DNA of 34,976 bases from Ramlibacter sp. GTDB lineage: Bacteria > Pseudomonadota > Gammaproteobacteria > Burkholderiales > Burkholderiaceae_C. How positions within the stretch are numbered: position 1 is the first letter of the stretch; each line of letters begins with the position of its first letter. The stretch is taken from the NCBI GenBank assembly GCA_036733845.1, contig DAIMZU010000001.1:1-34976 (forward strand), written 5' to 3'. The notes under the pieces are model-generated. The model was not told where the DNA came from, did no database searches, and saw only the letters and a list, made by a program, of their open reading frames with translations. A program made the position numbers and the translations under genes. This document shows, piece by piece, positions 26,834 through 34,976 of this stretch.

Positions 26834-27832
26834 ATGAGATCGCGGACCCACCCCTCTCGCCGCGCCTGCATCCAGCTGGGCCTGGCGGCAATCGCCAGCG
26901 GCTCGCTCCCGGCGGCGCTGGCGCAGCAACGAAACTATCCGCAGCAATCGGTACGGCTCATCGTTCCCTTCGCACCGGCCGGTGCGATCGACAGCATTTC
27001 GCGAACCGTCAGCCAAGGCTTGAGTCGAGAACTGCGCCAGTCTGTCGTTATTGAGAACCGTTCGGGTGCAGCGGGAACCATCGGAGCCGCGGCAGTCGCC
27101 CGCGCCCAGCCCGATGGCTACACGCTACTCATCGGGACGTCGGCGACGCATGGCGCGAATCCTTCGCTCTTTTCAAAGCCTGGGTATGACGCACTCGCCG
27201 ACTTCGAGCCCATCGCGCTCTTCGGATTCGTGCCGAATGTACTGGTGGTGCATGCCCAGAAAGGGCCCAGGGACGTCCCTGACCTGGTGGCCCGTGCACG
27301 GGCAGAACCCGGAAAGCTGACCTATGCGTCGGCGGGGGTCGGCACTTCGCTGCACCTTGCTGGCGCGATGTTCGAGCGAGCCGCCAACGTGCAACTGTCG
27401 CATGTGCCGTACAAGGGTGGCGCTCCAGCATCCGTCGACCTGTTGAGCGGCGTGGTGGACATGATGTTCGATACCGTGGTGGTGTCGCTCCCGCACGTGC
27501 AGGGCGGAAAGACCCGTGCGCTGGCCGTTGCCGCTGCTGAGCGCCATTTCGCGCTGCCTGACGTGCCAACCTTCGCGGAGCTCGGGATCCGCGGCGTCGA
27601 ATCCGGGACATGGGCGGGCCTGTTTGCGCCCAAGGGAACCCCCGCTGACGTGCTGGCTGAACTGCGCCGCGCGAGCGAGGCGGCGCTGGGTGACACCGCC
27701 ATCCGCAACACCTTGCGTGGCATGGGGGTGCAGATGATCCCACGCACGGGAGACAGCTTCCGCAGCTTTGTCGAAGGAGAGATCCAGCGCGCCGCGCAGG
27801 TCGTGAAGGCAGCTGGAATCCGGGCGGAATGA
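26834..27832 (+). CDS. Bug/TctC substrate-binding protein
   Basis: ATG at 26834 after AGGAG; SRR leader. YPQQSVRLIVPFAPAG, PDGYTL and HVPYKG motifs. Confidence 0.93.
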   Translation: MRSRTHPSRRACIQLGLAAIASGSLPAALAQQRNYPQQSVRLIVPFAPAGAIDSISRTVSQGLSRELRQSVVIENRSGAAGTIGAAAVARAQPDGYTLLIGTSATHGANPSLFSKPGYDALADFEPIALFGFVPNVLVVHAQKGPRDVPDLVARARAEPGKLTYASAGVGTSLHLAGAMFERAANVQLSHVPYKGGAPASVDLLSGVVDMMFDTVVVSLPHVQGGKTRALAVAAAERHFALPDVPTFAELGIRGVESGTWAGLFAPKGTPADVLAELRRASEAALGDTAIRNTLRGMGVQMIPRTGDSFRSFVEGEIQRAAQVVKAAGIRAE

Positions 27833-28608
27833 TGGCCGACCCCACGCCTCTTGCGGCCGAGCCGCCGAAGACCGTCATCATCACCGGCGGTGCCAGCGGC
27901 ATCGGTCTTGCTTTCGCCGAGCATCTCGCCCGCCTGGGCCATCGCATCGTGATCGCCGACCGGCGGGCGGCGCAGGAGGCCGCAGCCCGTCTGCGGTCAT
28001 CAGGGCTGCAGGCGGTGGGCGTCGACGCCGACGTCGTGAGCGAAACCGACGCCCGTGCCATGGTGGAAGCTGGCGAGCGTGAGTTCGGTGGCGTTGACGC
28101 GCTGGTCAACAACGCGGGTTTGTTCACTGGCCTGGCGCTGCAGCCCTTCGAGAAGATCGACAACGCCGAGTGGATGCGCGTGATGGAAGTCAACACGCTG
28201 GGTGTATTCAACTGCGCCAAGGCGGCATCGGCTGCGCTGCGTCGCAGTGGCCGGGGACGCCTGGTGAACATTGCATCGACCGTGCCGGTCAAGGGCACGC
28301 CGAACATGGCCCATTACGTGGCCAGCAAGGGCGCGGTCATCGCGTTCACGCGGTCGCTGGCGCGCGAGATGAGCCGGGACAAGGTCACGGTCAATGCCAT
28401 CGCCCCCGGCTTCACGCTGAGTGACGGCGTGCTGCAGGCCGGCCTGCATGAGCGCATCGGCGACAACGCGCGGACCGCCGGGCGGTGCCTGCAAAGGGAC
28501 CAGACACCGGCCGACCTGGTGGGCGCCCTGGCGTTCCTGATCAGCGATGCGGCCGCCTTCATCACCGGCCAGACGCTGGCCGTCGATGGCGGCGGCGTGT
28601 TCCTGTAG
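27829..28608 (+). CDS. Short-chain dehydrogenase/reductase
   Basis: TGGASGIG, VNNAG, YVASK, VNAIAPG and ITGQTLAVDGG motifs. Confidence 0.95.
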   Translation: MMADPTPLAAEPPKTVIITGGASGIGLAFAEHLARLGHRIVIADRRAAQEAAARLRSSGLQAVGVDADVVSETDARAMVEAGEREFGGVDALVNNAGLFTGLALQPFEKIDNAEWMRVMEVNTLGVFNCAKAASAALRRSGRGRLVNIASTVPVKGTPNMAHYVASKGAVIAFTRSLAREMSRDKVTVNAIAPGFTLSDGVLQAGLHERIGDNARTAGRCLQRDQTPADLVGALAFLISDAAAFITGQTLAVDGGGVFL

Positions 28609-28625
28609 GCGTTTGGCGTCAGGCG

Positions 28626-29411
28626 TCAGGCGTCCGGCGGCAGATCGAGCAGCACACGGGCGAATTCGGCCGGAGCCTCCACCGGCGGAAAGTGCCCACA
28701 CGCAATCTCCTGCAGGTGCGATCCGGCCAGCCCGGCGTGCAGCGCCTGCACCTTTTCGGGCGTGATCAGCGGATCGTGGCTGCCGCGCAGGATCCACGCG
28801 GGTGCGCGCACCTGTGGCAGGGACTCCCGCAGATCGGCGTCCCGCAGCACGGCGACACAGGCTGCATACCCGGCCGGGTCGGTGCGCAGGAACACGGTGC
28901 GAAGCGTCTCGACCTGCGCGTCCCCGCTCGCCCGGTGTTCCGGCGAGAACATGCGCTCGACCATCGCCGGCGCGAGCGCGGCCATGCCTTGGCTGCGGGC
29001 AACCTGCGCGCGCTGCTCCCAGCCGCCCGGTGGCGGCGCCATCACGGGCGCGGAGGAACACAGCACGAGCGCCCCCACCCGATCCGGTGCGATCAGCGCG
29101 GTGTGCAGCGACGCCATGGCTCCCAGCGAGACGCCGCAGGCGGTGAAACGTCGCCATCCGACGGCGTCGGCCAAGGCCAGCAGGTCGGCTGAGAGATCGG
29201 CCAGCGTGCAGTCGACCGCCGGCGTTTCGGTGCCACCGTGGCCGCGAAGGTCAGGCCGCAGCACCTGGTAGCGGCCCGTCAGCAACGGCACGAGCTTGTC
29301 GAAGAGGCTGTGATCGGCTCCGATCGGGTGGACCAGCAGCAGCGGTTCGCGTTCCGGATGGCCTTCCAGCCGGAAATAATGGCGAAGGCCATGGAGGCGG
29401 GCGACGGGCAT
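28626..29411 (-). CDS. Alpha/beta hydrolase, 3-oxoadipate enol-lactonase (PcaD/CatD)-like
   Basis: DLRGHG, GVSLG nucleophile elbow, GYAACVAVLRDADLR, GSHDP and GHFPPVE motifs. Confidence 0.85.
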   Translation of the reverse strand: MPVARLHGLRHYFRLEGHPEREPLLLVHPIGADHSLFDKLVPLLTGRYQVLRPDLRGHGGTETPAVDCTLADLSADLLALADAVGWRRFTACGVSLGAMASLHTALIAPDRVGALVLCSSAPVMAPPPGGWEQRAQVARSQGMAALAPAMVERMFSPEHRASGDAQVETLRTVFLRTDPAGYAACVAVLRDADLRESLPQVRAPAWILRGSHDPLITPEKVQALHAGLAGSHLQEIACGHFPPVEAPAEFARVLLDLPPDA

Positions 29412-29435
29412 GGCAGGTTCCTTCGGAGCTGCGCC

Positions 29436-30179
29436 TCAGCGCAGGTGCGGCTCCAGAAATTTGAGGGACGGCGGTAGTGATCCGACGCGGCCGGCCTGGA
29501 ACACCCGGCGCAGGAACTTCCAGGCGGATCGGGCGTGTTCGATCGCGACCGCTTCGGCGCGCGTGCCCTCGCGCTGCTCGATGGCTTCGAGCAGGGAGCG
29601 GTGCTGCTCCTGCGAGACCACCAGGATGCTCTGCACCTCCTCGGTATCGGCGCGCGAGATGCTCACGAAGGCGTTTGGCGCCGCGAAGGGCAGGGCCATC
29701 TGCCGCTCGAGTGCCCGGCGCAGCATCGGGCTGCGGGCACCCTGCAGCATCAGGTCGTGGAACCGGTCGTTCAGGCGAACGTAGCCGGTGAGGTCGGGGT
29801 TGTGCTCGAGGTTGTCGACGACCGTGTCGAGTTCGTCGACGCAGCGGTGCATGGCCGACAGCACGGCTTCTCCTGCGCCGCGTTCGGCGGCCAGGCGCGC
29901 GGCCATGCCCTCGAGGGTGCCCCGGATCGCGATGGCGTCGAACACGTCGCTTTCTGAAAAACGCGCGACGACGTAGCCGCCCCCGGGCATCTGCTCAAGG
30001 AGGCCTTCCTCGAAAAGCCGCAGGAGGGCGGCGCGCGCAGGCGTTCGGGACACGCCGAGACGGTCCACCAGCGTGGGCTCGAGCACCCGCTCGCCCGGCG
30101 CGAGCTGGCCTTCGACGATGAGCTTGCGCAGGCCCAGGATGGCCCGGATGGTCTGGGGTTGGCCGGATTCGAGGGTCAC
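29436..30179 (-). CDS. GntR/FCD regulator, VanR-like
   Basis: LGVSRTPARAALLRL HTH and DAIAIRGTLEGMAARLAAERG; divergent from a VanA-like oxygenase. Confidence 0.9.
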   Translation of the reverse strand: MTLESGQPQTIRAILGLRKLIVEGQLAPGERVLEPTLVDRLGVSRTPARAALLRLFEEGLLEQMPGGGYVVARFSESDVFDAIAIRGTLEGMAARLAAERGAGEAVLSAMHRCVDELDTVVDNLEHNPDLTGYVRLNDRFHDLMLQGARSPMLRRALERQMALPFAAPNAFVSISRADTEEVQSILVVSQEQHRSLLEAIEQREGTRAEAVAIEHARSAWKFLRRVFQAGRVGSLPPSLKFLEPHLR

Positions 30180-30208
30180 GGTCGTGCGGAATGCCTCAAG
30201 ATGGATGA

Positions 30209-30303
30209 TGTATACGCGAAGACTCGGGTTTACCCCATGAACTGCGCGGCGAAACCGTATCCAGAATGGTTTTTACGCGATTCAAGTATACGGCGCGCAT
30301 ACG
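30209..30303. promoter_or_regulatory. Array of GTATAC-like boxes (candidate operators of the VanR-like GntR)
   Basis: TGTATACG 30209-30216, CGTATCCA 30256-30263, AGTATACG 30285-30292 and CGCATACG 30296-30303. Confidence 0.55.
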
Positions 30304-30324
30304 TCGAACCCACAGGAGCTGAGC

Positions 30325-31407
30325 ATGTTCATCAAGAATGCCTGGTATATCGCCGCTTGGGCCCACGAAGTCAAGGACCAGCCGATGGCACGCACCATCT
30401 GCAACGAATCGGTCGTCCTCTTCCGGGACAAGGCGAGCGGCAAAGCCTCTGCGCTGGAAGACCGCTGCTGCCACCGCGGCACGCCGCTGCGCTTCGGCGA
30501 GGTGGTCGAGGAGGGGCTGCAATGCGGCTATCACGGGATGGTGTTCGACTGCTCCGGTTCGTGCGTGCACATCCCGGGCCAGGCCACGATTCCCAAGCAG
30601 GCCCGGGTGCGCGCGTACCCGCTGGTGGAGAAGGACGAGTTCCTGTGGATCTGGATGGGTGAGCCGCAGGACGCCGACGAGAGCAAGATCCTCGACTATC
30701 CGTGGCACAACGACTATCGCAAGTGGCCGCACAAGCACGAGGTCTACCACGTCAAGGCCAACTACATGCTGATGGTCGACAACCTGATGGACCTGACGCA
30801 CCTGGGCTACGTCCACAAGACCACCATCGGCGGCAACCCGAAGGTGCATATCGACGCCAAGATGACCGTCACGCCCAAGGACAGCGGGCTGCACTACATC
30901 CGCTGGATGCTCGATTCGATTCCGCCGCCTTCGTATGTCAAGGCCGCTGGCTTCCAGGGCCGGGTGGATCGCTGGCAGGAGTTCGAATACATCGCCCCCG
31001 GATCCATCATCCAGTGGAGCGGTGCACTCGATGTCGGGCGTGGCGCCGCGGAAAACCGCGAGCAGGAGGGTGGATTCCAGCTGCGCCTGTTCCACGGGCT
31101 GACCCCCGAGACCGACAACACCTGCTTCTATTACTGGTCCACGGCCAACGGTTATCGCCAGGACGACCCGGCCGCCACCGAGCAACTGTTCCAGGAGATC
31201 AGCCGGGCCTTCCAGGAAGACAAGGGCATCGTCGAAGGCCAGGCCGAGATGCTGCAGAAGACAGGCGAGTCGCGGCTCGTGGACATCGTCTCGGATCGGG
31301 CGCGGGTGCACATGCGCCGCACCGTCAACCGCATGCTGGCGCAGGAAGAGACCCCCGCCGTGCCTGTGGCCATGGAGCCATCGGCCGCCGCCGTGCCCGC
31401 CAAGTGA
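30325..31407 (+). CDS. Rieske non-heme iron oxygenase alpha subunit (VanA/demethylase-like)
   Basis: Rieske CCHRG...CGYHG; mononuclear iron DNLMDLTHLGYVH and QED; NAWYIAAW and TPET motifs. Confidence 0.93.
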   Translation: MFIKNAWYIAAWAHEVKDQPMARTICNESVVLFRDKASGKASALEDRCCHRGTPLRFGEVVEEGLQCGYHGMVFDCSGSCVHIPGQATIPKQARVRAYPLVEKDEFLWIWMGEPQDADESKILDYPWHNDYRKWPHKHEVYHVKANYMLMVDNLMDLTHLGYVHKTTIGGNPKVHIDAKMTVTPKDSGLHYIRWMLDSIPPPSYVKAAGFQGRVDRWQEFEYIAPGSIIQWSGALDVGRGAAENREQEGGFQLRLFHGLTPETDNTCFYYWSTANGYRQDDPAATEQLFQEISRAFQEDKGIVEGQAEMLQKTGESRLVDIVSDRARVHMRRTVNRMLAQEETPAVPVAMEPSAAAVPAK

Positions 31408-32627
31408 GCCCCACGCTTCCCCGCGTCACCATCGTGGGGGCCGGCATCGCCGGGCTGGCGCTCGCGCTGGCCCTGGCTCGGCGCGGCTTCGAGGTGCGCG
31501 TGCTCGAACAGGCGGCTGCGTGTGCCGACGTGGGCGCCGGCGTCCAGCTCAGCCCCAACGCCACACGGTGCCTCGCGGACCTCGGACTCGGCGCGGCGCT
31601 GGAGGCGATCAGCAGCATCCCTCGCGGCAAGGAGGTCCGGCTCTGGAGCACCGGCCAGCGCTGGAAGCTGTTCGACCTCGGTGCCAGTGCCCGCGAGCGC
31701 TATGGGTTTCCCTACCTGATGGTTCATCGCGCGGACCTGCACCAACTGCTGCTGGACGCGCTGGTCGCCACCGCCGGATCGCAGGCGGTGCGCTTTGGCG
31801 CCCGCTGCACCGCGGCCGAGCTGCAGGGATCGCAGCCCGTGCTCTCGTTGGCCGATGGGACCAAGGAGTCCTGCGAGGTGGTGGTGGCCTGCGATGGCGT
31901 GCACTCGACCCTGCGCGCGGCGCTGGGCCATGCGAACCGACCGGTGTTCACCGGCTGCCTGGCATGGCGCGGGCTGGTGCCCATCGACGACCTGCCCGAG
32001 CGGTTGCGCGAGCCCGTGGGAACCAACTGGATCGGACCGGGGCGGCACGTCATCACCTATCCGGTGCGGGCTGGCCGCCTGTTGAATTTCGTCGGCATCG
32101 TCGAGCGCAGCGACTGGCAGCGCGAGTCGTGGACCGAGCGCGGATCACGGCTGGAATGCGCCGCGGACTTCGCGGGCTGGCACGAAGACGTGCACGCGAT
32201 CATCGAACGGCTCGCTGAACCCCTGAAGTGGGCCCTCATGGTGCGCGAGCCGCTTGCGACCTGGGGCAGCGGCCGGGTGACCCTGGCAGGCGATGCCGCG
32301 CACCCCACGCTGCCCTTCCTGGCGCAAGGCGCCTGCATGGCGCTGGAGGACGCGATCGTCCTCGCGCGCTGCCTTCGCGCCGGGGCCCGCGACATCCCGG
32401 CGGCCTTGCGCCGCTACGAGGATCTTCGCATCGGGCGAACGTCCAACATCGTGCGCGCCTCTGCCGAGGCCGGCAAGCGGTTCCACAACCCGGCACTGGC
32501 CGACGCCGCTGGCGCGCAGGCCTATGTGGACCGCGAGTGGAGCGAGCCGCGCACGCGCGAACGCTACGACCCGCTGTTCACCTATGACGCCCCCGGCGTC
32601 GACCTCGGCTTCGCGCAGGCGGCCTGA
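31404..32627 (+). CDS. FAD-dependent aromatic monooxygenase (salicylate hydroxylase / 3-hydroxybenzoate 6-hydroxylase / NicC family)
   Basis: GTGA overlap. GAGIAG, GAGVQLSPNA, HRADLH, CDGVHS and GDAAHPTLPFLAQGACMALED motifs. Confidence 0.92.
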   Translation: MSPTLPRVTIVGAGIAGLALALALARRGFEVRVLEQAAACADVGAGVQLSPNATRCLADLGLGAALEAISSIPRGKEVRLWSTGQRWKLFDLGASARERYGFPYLMVHRADLHQLLLDALVATAGSQAVRFGARCTAAELQGSQPVLSLADGTKESCEVVVACDGVHSTLRAALGHANRPVFTGCLAWRGLVPIDDLPERLREPVGTNWIGPGRHVITYPVRAGRLLNFVGIVERSDWQRESWTERGSRLECAADFAGWHEDVHAIIERLAEPLKWALMVREPLATWGSGRVTLAGDAAHPTLPFLAQGACMALEDAIVLARCLRAGARDIPAALRRYEDLRIGRTSNIVRASAEAGKRFHNPALADAAGAQAYVDREWSEPRTRERYDPLFTYDAPGVDLGFAQAA

Positions 32628-32676
32628 GGCGCATTCGTTTCAACAACCATTAATTTCACACCAAGGAGACAAGCGA

Positions 32677-33726
32677 ATGATCGATCGGCGCAAATTCCTG
32701 CAGAGCGGTTCCGCCGCGGTCGTCCTGGGCGCCCCCGCGCTCACCGGGCGGGCGCAGCAGGCCGTGACCCTGAAGTTCCATACCTTCATGGCTCCTCAGT
32801 CGACCGTCTACACCCGCATTCACCGGGCATGGATGGACAAGGTCGAGAAGGACTCGAACGGGCGAATCAAATTCGAGGGGTACCCTGCCATGCAGCTCGG
32901 CGGCAGCCCGGCGGCGTTGTATGACCAGGCGCGAGATGGCGTCGTCGACATCATCTGGACACTGCCCGGAAACAACGCCGGCCGTTTTCCGCGCACGGAG
33001 GTGTTCGAACTGCCGTTCATGATCTACAAGGCCGAAACCGCGTCGCGTGCGGCCTGGGAGTTCTTCCAGACGCAGATGCCGGACGAGTTCAAGGAGACGC
33101 AGGTCATCGCCTTCCACACTCATGGGCCGGGCGTGCTGCATTCCAAGGACAGGCCGATCCGTTCGGCGGGTGACCTGCGCAACCTCAAGGTGCGCGGTCC
33201 GACCCGGCAGGCCACCAAGCTGCTCGGGGCGGCGGGCGCAACGCCGGTCGGCATGCCGCTGCCGCAGATTCCGGACGCGCTGGTCAAGGGCACCATCGAC
33301 GCCTGCGCACTACCCTGGGAGGTGATCCCGTCGGTGCGCGTGCCGGAACTCGTCAAGCACCACAGCGAGTTCAGCCCGGACGTGCCGGGCCTCTACACGA
33401 ACACCTTCGTCATGACCATGAACAAGTCGAAGTACGAGTCGCTGCCGCCCGACCTGAAGAAGGTGATCGACGCCAACAGCGGCATGGAGGTGTCGGCCTG
33501 GATGGGCAAGGTGCAGGATGACCTCGATCCCGTGGTGCGAAAGAGCGTGCAGGACCGTGGCAATACGATCCATGTCTTCGGCGAAGCGGAGACCGCGGAG
33601 TTCCGACGCCTGACAGCGCGCGTCGAGAATGAATGGGTGGAGGACGTCTCCAAGCGTGGCCACGACGCGAGGAAGCTGCTCGAGAGCGCGAAGGCACTCA
33701 TCGCCAAGCACCACAAGCGAGCCTGA
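32677..33726 (+). CDS. dctP: TRAP substrate-binding protein with Tat signal and no adjacent permeases
   Basis: MIDRRKFL after AAGGAG. YPAMQLGG, GRFPRTEVFELPF and LKVRGPTR motifs. Confidence 0.9.
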   Translation: MIDRRKFLQSGSAAVVLGAPALTGRAQQAVTLKFHTFMAPQSTVYTRIHRAWMDKVEKDSNGRIKFEGYPAMQLGGSPAALYDQARDGVVDIIWTLPGNNAGRFPRTEVFELPFMIYKAETASRAAWEFFQTQMPDEFKETQVIAFHTHGPGVLHSKDRPIRSAGDLRNLKVRGPTRQATKLLGAAGATPVGMPLPQIPDALVKGTIDACALPWEVIPSVRVPELVKHHSEFSPDVPGLYTNTFVMTMNKSKYESLPPDLKKVIDANSGMEVSAWMGKVQDDLDPVVRKSVQDRGNTIHVFGEAETAEFRRLTARVENEWVEDVSKRGHDARKLLESAKALIAKHHKRA

Positions 33727-33728
33727 TC

Positions 33729-33750
33729 GGCGGCCGGACGATCGGCCGCC
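33729..33750. terminator. GC-rich hairpin between convergent genes
   Basis: GGCGGCCG-gacgat-CGGCCGCC; no U-tract, so a terminator role is uncertain. Confidence 0.35.
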
Positions 33751-33802
33751 CACGCCTGGCGCCGCCGCCACAAGGCACCCGCGCCAGGCCCGTCAAAGGA
33801 CG

Positions 33803-34789
33803 CTATTCGACCTTCGCGCCGGACTTGCGAACGTACTGGGCCATGCGCTCGGTTTCGGAGCGAAGCAGGTTGGCCATGTTGTCGGACGAACCAGGCATGG
33901 GAGCCATGCCTTGGCTCGTCATGTTCTTTTCGACGAATTCGCGGTCGGCCAGGATGGTATTGATCGCCGCGTTGAGCCGCTGCACGACTTCCGGGGGGGT
34001 GGCGCGAGGCGCCAGGAAGGCGTACCAGGCGCCCATGTCCATTTCCTTGAAGCCAGCCTCGGTGAAGGTCTGCACGTTGGGCACGAGCGGCACCCGTTTT
34101 TCACCGCTGACTGCCAGCACCTTGAGCCGTCCCCCCGTGATGTGGCCCTGGACGGTCGGGAAAGCGGGAAAGGTGAACAGGATCTGGTTGCCGAGTACGT
34201 CGGTGACTGCCGGTCCGGCGCCCTTGTAGGGCACGTGGACCAGGTTGGCGCCAGTCAGTGTCTTGAACATCTCGCCCATCAGGTGCGGCTGGCTGCCCGC
34301 ACCGAAGGAGCCGTAGCTGAGGTCATTGCGCCCCCGCACAAACGCGGCCAGCTGCTGCATGTTGTCGGGCGGCGTCGCGGCATTGGTCACCAGCGCGAGT
34401 GCCACGTACGTAACGGTGGCCACGGGCACGAAGTCGCGCTGCACGTCATAGGGCAGCCGTGGGAACAGGATCGGGTTCGCGACGAAGGTCGCGTCATTCG
34501 TGAACAGCAGGGTGTAGCCGTCCGCCGGGGACTTGGCCACGGCCTCCGCCCCGATGGAGGTGTTGGCGCCTGAGCGGTTTTCGACCACCACCGGCTGGCC
34601 GAGCAGCTCGGACATCCGCTGCCCCACGCGGCGACCCACGATGTCGGTGGTGCCACCCGGTGCGTAGGGCACGATGATGCGGATGGGTTTGTTCGGGAAG
34701 GCGGCCTGCGACCGGGCCAGGCCCGGCAGCAAGGTGGCTGCGGCAGCCGCGCCGGTGGCGCGGAGCAACTGGCGTTTCGAATATCTCAT
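33803..34789 (-). CDS. Bug/TctC substrate-binding protein
   Basis: FPNKPIRIIVPYAPGGTTD, ENRSGA, ADGYTL and HVPYKGAGPA motifs. Confidence 0.95.
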   Translation of the reverse strand: MRYSKRQLLRATGAAAAATLLPGLARSQAAFPNKPIRIIVPYAPGGTTDIVGRRVGQRMSELLGQPVVVENRSGANTSIGAEAVAKSPADGYTLLFTNDATFVANPILFPRLPYDVQRDFVPVATVTYVALALVTNAATPPDNMQQLAAFVRGRNDLSYGSFGAGSQPHLMGEMFKTLTGANLVHVPYKGAGPAVTDVLGNQILFTFPAFPTVQGHITGGRLKVLAVSGEKRVPLVPNVQTFTEAGFKEMDMGAWYAFLAPRATPPEVVQRLNAAINTILADREFVEKNMTSQGMAPMPGSSDNMANLLRSETERMAQYVRKSGAKVE

Positions 34790-34843
34790 GGGTTGTCTCC
34801 TTCTGGACTCATGACAAGGACGTGGAAACCATGGCCTGCCTGC

Positions 34844-34976
34844 TCACGCGCCCTGCGCGTCGCGCGGCGGCCAGCCGCGGCCCAGTTCGGCGTTGTGCTG
34901 GCCGAGCACGGGTGCGGCGTCGACTTCGAGCGAGCGTTCGCCATCGAACGAAAGCGGCGAACGCACGGTGCGGGAC
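34844..34976 (-). CDS. C-terminal end of a CaiB/BaiF family III CoA-transferase (partial)
   Basis: Manual translation SRTVRSPLSFDGERSLEVDAAPVLGQHNAELGRGWPPRDAQGA*; the APxLGxH motif is typical of the family C-terminus. Confidence 0.65.
   Translation of the reverse strand, partial: SRTVRSPLSFDGERSLEVDAAPVLGQHNAELGRGWPPRDAQGA

Noticed and set aside
25634..27832. Apparent 732-aa fusion ending in a Bug domain
   Set aside because: The N-terminal 400 codons overlap dctM and the GntR gene in other frames; the real start is ATG 26834 with a good RBS.
30702..32627. 641-aa extended monooxygenase ORF
   Set aside because: The extension overlaps the Rieske gene; the Rossmann motif begins right after GTG 31404.
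1..34976. CRISPR arrays, tRNA/rRNA genes, integrases, transposases, attC sites
   Set aside because: None recognised by eye; mobility of either block is inferred only from composition and gene content.

Overview
High-GC proteobacterial DNA, probably Burkholderiales (inferred from the many orphan Bug/TctC binding proteins), in two blocks. (1) About 1-6.3 kb looks like a defence or DNA-damage module. It has a divergent promoter with two GGCTCA-N5-TGAGCC-type palindromes flanking a LexA-like box, a small DUF4258-like ORF and an HTH-WYL regulator. Convergent with the regulator is a lower-GC 1279-aa fusion of SAM methyltransferase, PLD nuclease, SF2 helicase, a UmuD-like S24 domain and a DUF3427-like domain (SauUSI-like type IV restriction architecture with two extra domains), followed by a small cupin gene. 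(2) About 6.5-35 kb is an aromatic catabolism island. It holds a two-subunit molybdo-hydroxylase, a complete lower meta-cleavage pathway (dmpC, D, I, H, mhpD, dmpF, G), an intradiol dioxygenase with a LigI-like lactonase, a CDGSH Fe-S protein, a ChrR-like bicupin, a VanA-like Rieske oxygenase, a flavin monooxygenase, TRAP and Bug transport proteins and four regulators. No classical extradiol dioxygenase is present. The top leads are the S24-containing nuclease-helicase fusion and a possible intradiol-plus-pyrone-lactonase route (pyrogallol type) into the meta pathway. All calls come from motif recognition by eye; no database searches were run.
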